A DNA stretch of 64,000 nucleotides, taken from contig NC_087252.1 in NCBI RefSeq assembly GCF_037042905.1, positions 14,572,001 through 14,636,000 of the forward strand, given 5' to 3'. Shown one piece after another: positions 38,616 to 51,339 of the stretch (positions within the stretch are counted from its first letter, which is position 1; each line of letters starts with the position of its first letter). The stretch is from Lytechinus pictus (Eukaryota). The notes below the pieces were generated by a model. It was not told the DNA's origin, searched no databases, and worked only from the letters and a program-made list of their open reading frames with translations. Both the position numbers and the translations under genes were made by a program.

Positions 38616-38838
38616 TTCAAAGTTACTTTGTACATGTAATTGTTACGATAATGCCCAAGCAAAATGATGGGAATTATTTGTTTGATAAGCTGTTGATGTG
38701 GATTCTTGTTATCCTTCGCAAAAGACGTTTTGTTCTCAAGGGGGTTTATAAGAATAAGTGCATGGGTAAAAATTACCCCCCCACCCCACCCCAAAAAAGC
38801 ACCCAAACTGAATTGGTCTGTGCTTTTTGTGTTTGTAG

Positions 38839-39026
38839 GAGGCTGCTATGTCAGGGGAAGAGAATCGACTGATGAAGATGCACGACACGGTGCAGCAGCT
38901 CCCACCGCCCCACTACCGAACCCTCCAGTTCCTCATCCGTCATCTCTCCTACATGTCATCCTTCAACGCCGAGACCAGTATGAACATCAAGAACCTCGCC
39001 ATTGTATGGGCGCCAAACCTGCTCAG
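38839..39026 (+). CDS. ARHGAP32: RhoGAP domain exon (phase 0-2)
   Basis: EAAMSGEENRLMKMHDTVQQLPPPHYRTLQFLIRHL...MNIKNLAIVWAPNLLR; AG/GT boundaries. Confidence 0.96.
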
Positions 39027-39737
39027 GTAATGCTTGTGGTAATCTGAAGGGAGGGGGGTGTTCATGAAAGTTGTCAGCTCCGACAGTTGCCATAGTAACA
39101 GTCGGAGGCCAGAGCTTCTGAGCCAATCAAACTAGCGTTTCATTAAAAGATTTGTTGGCCATTTTATCCAACAAGTCCCAATTTATCTGACAGTTACCAT
39201 AGTAACAGCACTTCTCAGCCAATCAAAATCAAGAAGAGTTGTCAGATCTGACAACTTGTCAGACGAAAATATTGAAATGCTCCCTGGGATTTCACTGAAA
39301 CTGACAGTGCTGACAATTTAGTTGGTGCCGACGAATTTCATGATAATGCATTTGAGGAGAAACTAGAGCGGGTGGATGGAGGGTAATTGGAAAATTTGTT
39401 CTGAAGTTATTGTTTGAAGGTGTTATGCTCATGATGCAATGATCATAATTGTAATAATGTAGCTAATGATGATCAAGAGCAAATGTAAGAGTATGATGAT
39501 GGTGGTGATTATGAATAATAGTGATGAATAGGAGGATGGTAATAATTAGATTAATGAAGATTATGATTTGAATGAGGGATATGCTATGACATGGTTTTCA
39601 AGCTTTCTTGCCAAAGATATAATGGCAAGGTACTTCTCTTCTTACTGTGAGATCTCAATCATGCTAACTACCATTCTGCGCCACATCAAGGTTCACTGCT
39701 CAGAAACCTTTGAGATTACAAATAACTCACCTGAGTA

Positions 39738-39948
39738 GTTCGATGACACAACATTTGCTCTGGCGACAATTGCTTCCGGCCTTAATTCGTCAAAGATATA
39801 GGGTTAGGGTTGCAATATGGTTTTATGTCAGGTTTAGGGTTTGGTTTGGGATAAGGTATAGTGTTCAGCCAGGGTTGAAGTTGGTCATTCCATTAGTGTG
39901 TGGAATTTACAGCAGAGCAATTGTCGCCAGAGGAAATGTCATGGAACC
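39738..39948. mobile_element. MITE with internal TTAGGG-like sequence
   Basis: TIR CATTTGCTCTGGCGACAATTGCT / AGCAATTGTCGCCAGAGGAAATG. Confidence 0.7.
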
Positions 39949-40342
39949 ACTTGTTCAATATCATTGGTTTGGCTGGTTCAGCATCTCTCCAAGAAACATG
40001 CTCATGACATTCTTATACTGTTGTTGCCGCAAAGCTGTAGATCAGCCTTCATAGCAACCTTCGCTACTCCTCTGTCGTAACAGACCACAGGGAGACGAGA
40101 AAATGGCTGTCAGCAGTTCAAGAAGCATTTGAAGAACCTTTTATTTTGTTATTTTGAACGTGGACTATTTTATATTGCTCAACTGTTCTGTTTGAAATGT
40201 TATCACTGTTGAGTAACCAAGATGTATATGTAGTAGGACAAATTGTGAAGCACTTTGTGAACTGCAAGGAAAAGGCTCTCTACCTAACACTGGGAAAGGA
40301 TTGAAGAAGACTATTCTCATTTAATTTATTTCATACATGTAG

Positions 40343-40470
40343 GTCAAAGGACATCGAGACGGGTTCGTGTGCAGCATTCATGGAAATCAAAGTTCAAGCC
40401 ACGGTTGTAGAGTACCTAGTCAAGCACTGTGATCTCATCTTTAATGATAAACTCTTTCCAGATGTCCCGG
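40343..40470 (+). CDS. ARHGAP32: RhoGAP C-terminal helix exon (phase 2-1); absent from the ORF track
   Basis: SKDIETGSCAAFMEIKVQATVVEYLVKHCDLIFNDKLFPDVP; catgtag acceptor, gtaaga donor; phases match both neighbours. Confidence 0.93.
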
Positions 40471-40881
40471 GTAAGAAATACTGAAGGAAATGTTGTGGAA
40501 TTAGTAGTACAGCTTGGAAAATGATTATTAGACCAAACTGTAAATGGGCCTTGAAAATCGGTCTATTCAATTTTTCTCAAAATGAATATGCGACCAGCCA
40601 CCCCAAAACCAACAATAAATTGCCAGGGAAGTTTTTCTGTACTACAGCTCAAATTTTAATTCGGTCTTCAAAAGTAAAAACTTAGAAAATAAGCTTATCT
40701 GAAAGAGTAAGTCATCTTTTTCATCATAATGTCAAAATTTAAAGTTGTGAAGTTAATTAAAAGACGCATATTTTTATTTATATTTATTTGTGCAAACACT
40801 TGGTGGTCATTTTATTAGATTCTGTTCGATCTCATTTTGAAATCGTATCCATGACTATCATTTATCTTCAATCCCCAACAG

Positions 40882-41089
40882 GTATCGGTCAGGAGATGCA
40901 GCGCCCTAAATCCCTGGTCCTGTCCACCCCTACGAAGCTCCTCTCCTTGGAAGAGGCCAGGGCGAGGTCGTCGTCTCAAGGGAACGACGGAGGAGATAAG
41001 GAGGAGAAACCCAAGTTCATTGAGGTCGGTGGAGGGCCGGCAGCTTTACCCAAGCAGTACCATACTGTCATAGATCTACCTCCAGAAAG
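40882..41089 (+). CDS. ARHGAP32: Post-GAP exon (phase 1-2)
   Basis: RPKSLVLSTPTKLLSLEEARAR and KFIEVGGGPAALPKQYHTVIDLP, motifs typical of the ARHGAP30-33 family. Confidence 0.93.
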
Positions 41090-41382
41090 GTAAAGAGAAA
41101 GATTTACATCGTGTATTTGGTCCAGGGATTAATTCCCCCAAAGGCATCTGTCACTATTCAAATGCTGTTGTAGATTGCATGATTGAATACGCCCTAAAGC
41201 TACAATGGTATTGATATATTTGGATTGATGACGATGATGATGATCCTATCTTTTATCTTCCAGGGCCATGGGGTAATAATGCTTCTGAAAAGGGGCACAT
41301 AGATGCTATGATAAATGTATCAAGCACCATACAAAAGTACTATTATCGTTATTACTTTACAAGTGTTCTGATTTCTCCCTAG

Positions 41383-41615
41383 CCGCAAGAGATTCTCTGC
41401 TTCCAAGGCCAAGAAGTCACCAGGATGGAAGGCTTTCTTCTCAAGATCGACAGGAAAGGAGGTCAAGCGGAAGATGTCCCATGACGTCCCGGGCTCGTTG
41501 CGGGTACCTGCAGCCAAACACTTTGGTTCCAGGGCCCATCGGACTAGCCTTCGATCCGTCAAGAGTGCAGAATCGCTCTCCTCAGCCGAGTCGGCTACAG
41601 AGCTCCAACACCAAG
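41383..41615 (+). CDS. ARHGAP32: Post-GAP basic exon (phase 2-1); probable GC donor, with an alternative GT donor ending the exon at 41636
   Basis: RKRFSASKAKKSPGWKAFFSR...SLRSVKSAESLSS; acceptor tttctccctag. Confidence 0.85.
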
Positions 41616-42117
41616 GCAAGTTTAGCAATATCCATGGTGAACTGTTCGTTGTTAACAATATCCTAAATATGATGCCAGATTCCAGCACTTCATTCCCTAA
41701 GCATTATGCTTAGTACATAATTGCATTAAAAAATAGGATTTTAGTTTCATCTGCATGTGAAAATTAGCCCAAAATTTGAAATTAGAGAATGGCAGAAATT
41801 ACAAAAGAAGCAATTTCATTTGATTAGCACTTTGAATTTGGGACATTGATTATCAGTTGATTTATTGTATTTTCTGTAAGGTAATATTATGCTAATCCTA
41901 TCATGAAAGTTCATCTGTGTTGAAATAACAATAAGTGGAGCTTTTGATCTCAACACAAGAAAAAAAGCTCGCTGAGGAAGGTTGTTGTCATTAAAAAAAA
42001 ATTCGAGAATACAGATTTTTTGTGTTGAGACCAAAGCTTAACTTCTTTTTTTTTTTTGCAAATCTAGTTTCAACATTTTTGCAAATTTTTCTACCATTTT
42101 CTTTTCTCTATATACAG

Positions 42118-44060
42118 ATACTGTCCGATTCAAAGGTCATGTACGTCGCAGTTCAGTTGCTTGCATGGAGAATACCCTCAGAAGATCGTCCTCAGATTCT
42201 TTCTTTGAGGTCGATGAGGACATCGTTGCTGCTGCAACCAGAGAGATGCTGGCCAAAAAGAGAGGTGAAGACACCTACTCTCCAGATGAGATCTTTATTG
42301 AGGAAGAGAGTGGGGCGACATGTCAGCTGGGACGCCGGCATGGCAGCGGCACGAACAGCCCCTTGTGGATCGACCAGAGCCTGAGCAGCATGGAATCGGA
42401 TCAGGCATCGGTGAGGTCACCCTACGGACACCAGGCATCATTGCAGATTGGTAGGAATTTGAGCGCAGAGAACAATTGGAGCATGCATGGTGGCGATGTC
42501 CACATGGCATGCGATGCAAACGTGCATCCCTATGAAGAAGAATCCCCTCCGCCCTCTCCGACTGAGGTCTCCTCGCCAGAGAGGTATCAGTGCACTATCG
42601 CCGATCCTGTTGCTGTTCCGCAGCGGCATCCGCTGAAGACATCTATCGCCATGCCAGTGGCTGCAGCGTTCACTCCAGAGTATCGCGATGTTGAGATGAC
42701 CGAGAGTGGGTGCACTTCCTCGTCGCCGGACCACTCAGGGTCCGTCCTTGATAAGATATCAAGAGCAATGTCAATCAAGAACAAACCTAAGTTAAAACGT
42801 GAGTCAAGCACAGAGGCGGATGATTACTCAAGCTTAGGCAGGAGTCCTGAAACAGGGGTTGATGATGTTATGGATCGTCCCATAATGGTGACAGTACGTA
42901 CCCAGACCTCGCCGCACGATACGCTGGACGATATGGACACTGAGGAAGAGGTTCGGAAGTACGATGTCAACTTACAGACAAGTGGTAATGATGGAGCTGT
43001 ATTCATGCGTACTCCTGCACAGCGGAGATCAATGAACCTTGACCTATTTAGTGGACTCGACGAAGCCTTGCTTGGCACGACAGCACCCCGACCGAAATCA
43101 ATGCACGTCTCATCGCACCTTGGTCGAGGGTCGGAAAGCTATGATGATGATTTTGCAGCGTTCACGACGCGTTTGAGCCTTGACAATGTCCTCTCAGAGT
43201 ACGATCACATCCTGGCAAAATACAACAATCGGCCATTAACACCGGATTTTGATCGTACCGAAGATATGTGTAAATACGATGGCATGTACCCAGGACAGCG
43301 CATATCGAGTCCACGTCACGGTATCACGCCCGTCACTGCCCTCAACAGTAACTGTAATAATACGCGTCAGAGGAGGTTACAGCATAGGTATAGCATGGGG
43401 GATGAAATGCGTCCGGAACACTTCAATAACCGCTACTCCTCTGTCATAACAGACAACGGGGAGACAAGAAAACGGCTATCGGCGGGTGCTGTCTTGGACC
43501 ATCACAACCCCGGGCAGGAGAACGACGAAGAAGTCGTGGTTGTGAGATTACGACGCCCCAGACTGGCATCTGGGGAGAAGAAATTCTACGCCTCGCCGGA
43601 ACGATTCTCGATCAACTCCCCAGAATTCCAAGCCTCTTTCGCGGACCGCCAAAATGGCAACACCCCTCCCGAATCGACCAGTGACATAAGAACTATACAC
43701 ACCGACGAGGGTCAACGGCCCTTATCGTCTGTCGACGCTGTGTATCACGTGACCCTACCGTCACGGCCAAACAGCCAACGTAGGAGCATTACGAAAAGTT
43801 TCTCTTTAGATTTTCAGTCCTCCGTATCTGATGCTAAGACGAGGTTAGGGGAAGATGTGGTGAATGACGATACAGATAACGACCGATCAGCGATGACTGT
43901 TGATGATAATGCACAGTTAGACAATCAGGATATCATTGAAAGTCTCCAGGGGGAAGATCCCAGCAGCATTGCCTTTCAGTCGTCTCCCCAAGGTGCCTCT
44001 CGTGAATCACCGCTAATAGATCGCTATCCGATCATTATCAGTGATGAATTAGAACTTTGA
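42118..44060 (+). CDS. ARHGAP32: Large terminal exon encoding a Ser/Pro/Asp-rich, probably disordered tail
   Basis: Acceptor ttttctctatatacag at 42117; phase 1 is in frame with the 631-aa ORF; GC-richer than the flanks; stop TGA at 44058-44060. Confidence 0.88.
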
Positions 44061-45167
44061 TGCTTTTAGAAAATATTCTAAACCTTCTATGCTAATTCAT
44101 GGTGCTTTATTTTGACTTTTAATCCGTTTTGTCCCACCCCAAAGGTATACTTAAAGACCATTCACCTAACAGTAGTTTGCCAGTTCGCAAAAAAAAAACC
44201 CACATAAACATGCTGGAAAAGTTGAGTCTTGAAAACATCTGTACCCTTTCAGATGTGAAAAACGGCACATAATTTTGCTTCATGTGTTTGCACCCTGAAG
44301 TGGTGCAGTTTTCACAGAACTTGTTATGAACTACCAGTCGTGTTCAATACCAATACTGATCCCTTAGACGGTATTGTATTACGAGAGTCAAAATGTGTCA
44401 GTCGATAACAAGTTTTGTGATATCGCACCTTGTATTCTCTGCTCACTCATAAAACATTACTTTTACATAATCAAGAAGATTATTGGTCTATTTAAACAGC
44501 ATTACTAATTGTGCTTAATCCAGAATTTACTTTTTTTCGTGCAAGATCTAATTTTTCTACTTTTCATGTATTAAGTTGTCTGTTGCCAGACCTCAGTTTT
44601 ACATGTAAGTAGGATTGGGGCTGATATTTTTTGTTTCTTGCCCTGAAATTTGTAAATAGAAATTTAAGAGGTTATTCTTATCCCCTTGGATTCTGTGCCA
44701 TGTTTTATTTTTTTATTGTTGAAAAATAATTCAGGAATCATTTTTAACTATCTTTGCCACTGTATATTTTTTGCCTTGTAGGTTGATAAACATATTTAAA
44801 AGCCAAGCAGACCTTGCCTTGTATGCGTAGTATGTATCATGCTTAAGATTTTAATGTGTGTATAAGAATGATGGGGCAATAGACAACGTACAGTAAGAGT
44901 AGTAGAATTTTGCCAACAGCCATTATGTTATTTTATTAATGATTTTTTCCCAAAATGAAAAGGAAAAAGCAAAGGGAGGTAGGATAAGGAAATTGATAAA
45001 AGTTATGGTGTTAATGGTAATAATCATATTGATCATGAAAATGATAGATAACGGGAATAATCATGATACAGTGATAAATGAATCATCTTGGTTTGTTCAG
45101 AGTGACGCAGCAAACCAATAAACTCAATCTAGCATGCAAGCCCCACACCCTGGTAAGGACGTTCTGT

Positions 45168-45298
45168 GGCTGGTAACACAACGCTTAGCAATCATCATAG
45201 AAGAATATCTTTACGATTGATTGCATTGACTTCAATGTACAATCGTGGTGAAAATCAAGTGTACGATCAATCGCTAACATTTTTGTGTTACGTGACCC
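45168..45298. mobile_element. ~130-bp MITE; same family as 50477-50606
   Basis: GTAACACAACGCTTAGC...GCTAACATTTTTGTGTTAC inverted ends; shared core GATTGATTGCAT..TGTACAAT..GAAAATCAAG. Confidence 0.7.
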
Positions 45299-46994
45299 TG
45301 GCGTCACTTCCTTTGCCCAATTAAAACGTTCTCATTCTGTTGTGTCTGACAGCGTTTGTCATACCAATCCCATGATGACGGTAATATAAAAAATCTGATT
45401 TTTTTTTATGAATCTTCTCTGACACTTTTGATTTTGGCCAAAAAAAAATGTGCATCCATGAAGCAGCTGTTTAAATTATCTTGCACCACCTCTTACTGAT
45501 CACGGGTCATTTTGTAGTCCTGAAATAAACACAAATTTGGGGTGCGTTTACGCTTGCTTCGATTGCGTAGACAGAATCAGCGTTTTCAAACGCTGTTTAC
45601 AAACAGAACGCTGATTGCAAATGTGGTTCTGGGAGTGCTATTTATGCTTAATTTTTCAGAGGCAAATTTTCGCTCTGCATCTGGAATCGCATCGTAATTT
45701 TTGTTGAGCAGCGCCATTTTTAAAAACTTTTTTTCCAAGTGTTATGGGCGACTATTATATATATTTTGGACTAATCACGTATGAAAATGCTGATTCTGGC
45801 TTGAAAAGTGGAAGCATAAATATGCCCTTAGATGGCTTGAATGCTTCTTGGAATTTAGTTGTTCAATCCTTTTTCTTCATGCAAAAATCAGCCATTATTT
45901 AACCTTGCTCCATATTAGAAAGCTTATTCTTGCTTTATTGTATTTTTCTTTTGAATTTCACCATGAATCCTACCATAAATGTTCATGTGCGTTTTTGCAT
46001 TTAGCTTGCCAGGAAACTTGGATTGTTGTCATGGTTTTAAACGCAATATGTCCCACCTAGTATATATTTTTTTTTATTTATCCATCATTGTTCATGCAAT
46101 TCTTATTGCCAAGGCATTATTGTATCCTATTTATTCATACATTAGTCGATCATTGTTTACATGGCATTTAAAAAAAGGGTATTACTGGAATAACTGAAGC
46201 GGTATTTATTCATAAGATGCATTTTGTTGGATATCAATATGGGGTTATTAGTGATGTTATCACTCCCATGACTAGGCACTGGCGTGAATTCAGGCAGCAA
46301 AACTATTTATGGGGGGGGGGGATAAATTATTGTCTCATCATCACCCCAGTTAAATAGCACGAGGTCATGTCTTTTCACCTGTGTGAATAGGGGATGATTT
46401 GGCAATTCTTGTTCCTGCATATTACCAAGGTATTCAAAAAGTGGATACAAATAATAGAATCGACGGTATTTATTAATATCACGGTCTACAGTTACGATTG
46501 CTGGAGATTGCATCATGTAATACATAGCAGTAGTGTATAGTAGTCATGCTGTAATATTTTTGACATTAATGATAATGATGTCAATAGCTGGATTTATGTA
46601 GCGCCTTTTCTAGAGGATACAAAGCGCAATTATTATTACCTGGCTTAGGCTCGAGCTCCCGCTTTTTCAGCAGCGCTCGGTGCATTCAAGGAATTATTAA
46701 ATCCTATCAGGTATCCATTCACTTGACATGTGTTATTGTGATAGGATTCCCACTATTTCGCTTTTCAAATGTTTACTTGTAATAATAATAGAGATACAAC
46801 TGAAACATTTTCAGTGGTAGGTTTTGGCATCTAAAAATCAAGCCCATGATTCCAACTTCAGGCTAGAGTATGTTAATTTTTATCAATGTAAGAGGTACAA
46901 ATGGATGTTAACACTTTCAGTGGTAAGTTTTGACATTAAATCATCAAGCTTTTGGTAAATGTGGGGAGCTCATAAGACTGAAAGTTACGCATTA

Positions 46995-47414
46995 AGGCCA
47001 CCGCACACCTTACAACTGTTCGCGATCCGATTTTGGAACAAATCGCATTTTGCTTATTTTCTGAAAATGTGAATGGAACATATCATTTTATTTGAGGTTG
47101 AAATCAATTGAAAGAATACTAATATAACCATTTTGAAAGATTGGAAGCTTTTATTTTTTAGTAAAGGCCAGATTAGTTTCAAATTGTAGTCAATCGTACG
47201 ACTGCTATGACGTCATTACGACTAGATATTGAATTCGCTTTTATTCTAAGGAGGATGATAGCATAGTCACAGATTTGAACATAGGTACTGTATTCGTACG
47301 ATGATTTCGAACATTACACAGTAAGATATTCCAAGTCTCAATATTAGCATCAAATTCTACTGCATTTTATTCTGAAATCGAGTCGCCGACCAGTCGTAAG
47401 GTGTGCGGTCGCCT
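46995..47414. mobile_element. PIF/Harbinger-type MITE with TTA TSD
   Basis: TTA|AGGCCACCGCACACCTTAC ... GTAAGGTGTGCGGTCGCCT|TTA. Confidence 0.88.
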
Positions 47415-47825
47415 TTACACTATGACAGGCTTCTTGTGCTAATTATGATACACCATTTGCTCGTAGTGTGTTATCAAAGTAGGTCTGAATTTCTCGTAAC
47501 CCTAGTCACATTTTGGTAAATAAGAAATGCTGCTTTCATGTGCTTGATAAAACCAGGAAATTTGATCAACAAAGATCCTATTTCAATGTGCGTCAGTCAT
47601 GCATGACTTTGTGAAACGCCCACCACCCCCACCCACTTGCTTATTTATCACTATTATTGTGGACTACTTACAAAACTACAGTTAAACCATATATTATTTC
47701 ATTATGTAGATGTAGCACAAGACCAGTATTTGCGTGCAATACTACTTCACAACATTGTGGTAGAAGTCAAATCAGTGTAAAAATTACATAATTGTGCCCC
47801 TCAGAAAGAATTCTTTCTACATTGG

Positions 47826-47993
47826 CAGGGGCCGCGGAAGCGGGGGGGCTGGGGGGGCTTCAGCTCCCCCACTTTTTTCCACTACCGTATACAAAAACGT
47901 AAAAATGACCATAAGATTGTGATTTTTTGCATGGTCAGCCCCCCACTTTTGGCTCAGCCCCCCCCCACTTTGAAAACCGTTCCGCGGCCCCTG
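47826..47993. mobile_element. hAT-like MITE with a 5-bp TSD
   Basis: ATTGG|CAGGGGCCGCGGAA ... TTCCGCGGCCCCTG|ATTGG. Confidence 0.85.
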
Positions 47994-50440
47994 ATTGGTG
48001 ACACTTTACTTTTATATCGCAAGTTATTACTTTTTTTGATGGTCCATGATGTCAACTCATTGCCTTTGCCAAGTCACAATATATTGATAATATTTTTGCA
48101 CTGGAGCAACGGATATACTACTTATTACCTATTTTTAGATATTTTAATTCAAATCTAATTTTTGTTTGGATGGGTTTGACCTATAAACTCGTATTATGTT
48201 TTTGTTTTCAGAATCAAATGTAAGGATTTGAGTTTGCAATTGATCATTGTTTGAAATGATCATAACTATATGGGATTTGTAAGTGCAACTCTCTTGCTAA
48301 AAAACATTGTATTTGATGACTTGTATATCTGATCAGACTCATGTATTTGTAGGTATAGGGCTAATGAATAAAAGTTTGCTGACATTTACAAGCAAGTTTC
48401 AATTCCCTCCAGCCGCCATATAAAGACAGGACATTTATTTATTTCTTATATTCATACAGGGTGGCATATATCACCAACTTGGTCATCCATGCAGCCCTGT
48501 TAACAAAAAAACATCAAAAGTTGATAATAGTAATTATAGGCAAGTAATAAACAAGATATAATACAGTAACTAACAATATGTACAGACACAAAAGGAATGC
48601 AAATATGTTGTAAGAAATATCATTGGCATCCTTGTGAATTAGGTTCAGTTGATAATAAATTTGATGATTTGAATCAAATTAGTGAATTTGGATTTTGAAT
48701 TTACAACATAAAATAACATTGAAAGTATATAAAGCAAATTTGAACGAAATTTGAACATCAGTTATATCTTCAGTAATTCTGCAGTCACATTTCCCTACAG
48801 CGAGTAAAAAAACAGCCATTTTATTCAAACCACCCCTGTATAACTGGTACAATAAAAAAAATTGTGAAAACGGCTGTTATGGACTCGCCATACGGCAACC
48901 GTAGGGGAAATGTGACGGGGGTATTAATAGTTGTGGTTTATATTGGTACTGTCTATATGATGTTCAAACCAAGTAGCCAATGTCATTCTCCAGTTTAAGA
49001 TTAGGTTAGAACTGATGTACAGTTGTGCTCGAAAGTTTGTGAACCCCACCACAAAATGCACTCCTTCATGCTGAGTGTTGAATATAATATTTATCACCTT
49101 ACTTTGCAATGACATATGAAAAACAAAACAGAACTTGAACACTTTGAATATGTGCAGTTTCTAGTGTATATTGACATACTGTATGTGGAATAAAGATTTC
49201 GATGTTATGGCAACAGAGAACAAAACAGCTAATAATTTTCTGGTTTGTGAAATCCTGTTCTTACTATTTTGGGTTTTTTTTTTCATTAAAGTTCAGGCTG
49301 GTATTGTTCTATTACTGTCTAATCATGTGACTGAAATCAACATTCTGTATTGACACAACTAATGTAGGAGGTTTTCAGTGATTGCTTTGAAAATGGAATC
49401 ACTGGAAACAGATAATTTATGTTGAAAAAAACCAAAACATTTTGTATGTAAATGTTAACAAGTTGAATGCAAATTTATAGCCTGAATGTATTCAATAGTT
49501 ATGTAAGTCATCTTTAAAAAGTAAAATGCAAGTGTTTTGATAAATGTCTAAAAGGCAGAGAGGTCGGTGATACAAAGTATTGATGGGAGAAATATTTTTC
49601 TGATTTGATTTTACAATTGTCATCTTGATTGATATGTCAAACTTTCCTCAGAAAATGTATCAATTGAAATATGTGGAGTAATTCAAGGGTAATGATTGAC
49701 TCCTGCATTTGCATGCATGAGTATGTGTATTTTGTAAAATGTATGTAATGCAAGTGATACCAGTATTACATTGTACCTGCTGCGTTTCCTGCAACATTGC
49801 GCTGATAATACAGTAACGTTAGAAAAGAAAAGCCCCATAAAAATGATAATTGCAGTGCTGAAAACATTCCAAATTATAGATCATTGAGAAAGTGGTGTTG
49901 GCTTGCTTGGATGTCCGGTGCTTCATATGCCATATTTATAGATTGTTATCAGTGCCATTTCTTTTTTCCTTACAATTTACTTCTAGGACCTACCTGTAAA
50001 TTTCATATTAGTGAGGTATTTGGAAAAATCAAATTTGGATTACTGAAAGAAACAACTCACTTGTTTCATGTGTATAAAAATCATGTTAAATTCAGATGTG
50101 CTATTCTGAAATTATAAATTCCTGTTATGTGTATTTTAAAAAAGGGAGGGAAAAAAATTAGAGAGAGAAACCTGTATCTTGTCGTAACGTCGGTCACATG
50201 TGTTGTAGAATATATTTAGGTGCGAAATATACATGTATGGACTGTGTAAATGATATGCAAATTTATGCAAAAATTATCTGAGTTTTCATGAGGGAAAGAA
50301 GCAATTTGAATTGTATATGTTGCTGAATGTGAGAAGGATCAATGTGATGTCTGTATAATACACAACTGCTAAATGAAGAAGATTCTGAATCGTTGTACTT
50401 GCTCGTCTTTCTGTGTTAGTGTGATTATCAGTACGCCCCT

Positions 50441-50921
50441 GGGAAGCATTTCATCAACATTTTGTTGTCTGCCCAGGGGCCCGTAACGCAAAGCTTAGCG
50501 ATGATCGTATAATATATTTCTACAATTGATTGCATCGACTGCTGTGTACAATTAATCATGAAAATCAAGCGTATGATTAATTGCTAACCCTTGTGGTACG
50601 GGACCCAGGACTCTGTAACACAAAGATTAGCAATCGATCACTAAATGGACAGGCCAATCAAAATCAATATTACATATGCGTTTAGTTCAAAATACGGACC
50701 AGGAACCAATCGGAAGTGTTCTTTCATATTTGCTATTCATTGTTTAGCTTTGTGTTACGGGGCACAGGAGCATTCGTGCAAGGACTCGTCAGATGTTTAT
50801 CCAGCAAAATTCCTTGTACCAGACAGTGTTCATAGTAACTGTGCTTCTCAGCCAATCGAAATCAAAGAAAGTTGTCAGATCTAACAACCTTCGGACATTA
50901 AATGTTGATGAAATGCTCTCC
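50441..50921. mobile_element. Nested MITE cluster: two adjacent MITEs (50477-50606, 50608-50765) inside a third
   Basis: Outer TIR AGCATTTCATCAACATTT / AAATGTTGATGAAATGCT (family also at ~39056-39285); the inner elements have GTAACRCAAAG..TTAGC / GCT..TGTGTTACGGG ends. Confidence 0.75.
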
Positions 50922-51339
50922 AATTATTTGATCTTACCACTTCTTGTTTTGATTTGGTTGAGAAGCACTGTTACTATCATGTTAACTAAACTGGGTTCCT
51001 AAAGAAACTTCTCAAACTTTACAAGGGCACTGCACAAATTCCACTCGGTCAAAAGGAACAATATTTTTATTCATGCTAGCTTTAATAATCTTTACTCACC
51101 ACACGTCAATTTAAAGATTGGTTCAATCACAGAGAGGCTATAGCCCCTCACATCGATTGGTTTCAGAATCCAAAGACACAAAAATGGCAAAAGAAAGACC
51201 AATGAAAATGAGATGGGATTACCGGTAATTAAACTTTCCATTTTATTACACATTTCCTACAAGGCCATGTTTTAGTGATTGGCTCAAGCACAACAAAGCT
51301 ACAGGAAGTTGAAATCAAAGATTTAAGTGACTGGAACAA

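Noticed and set aside
39798..39850. Interstitial telomere (TTAGGG)
   Set aside because: Only a few imperfect units, lying inside a TIR-bounded MITE.
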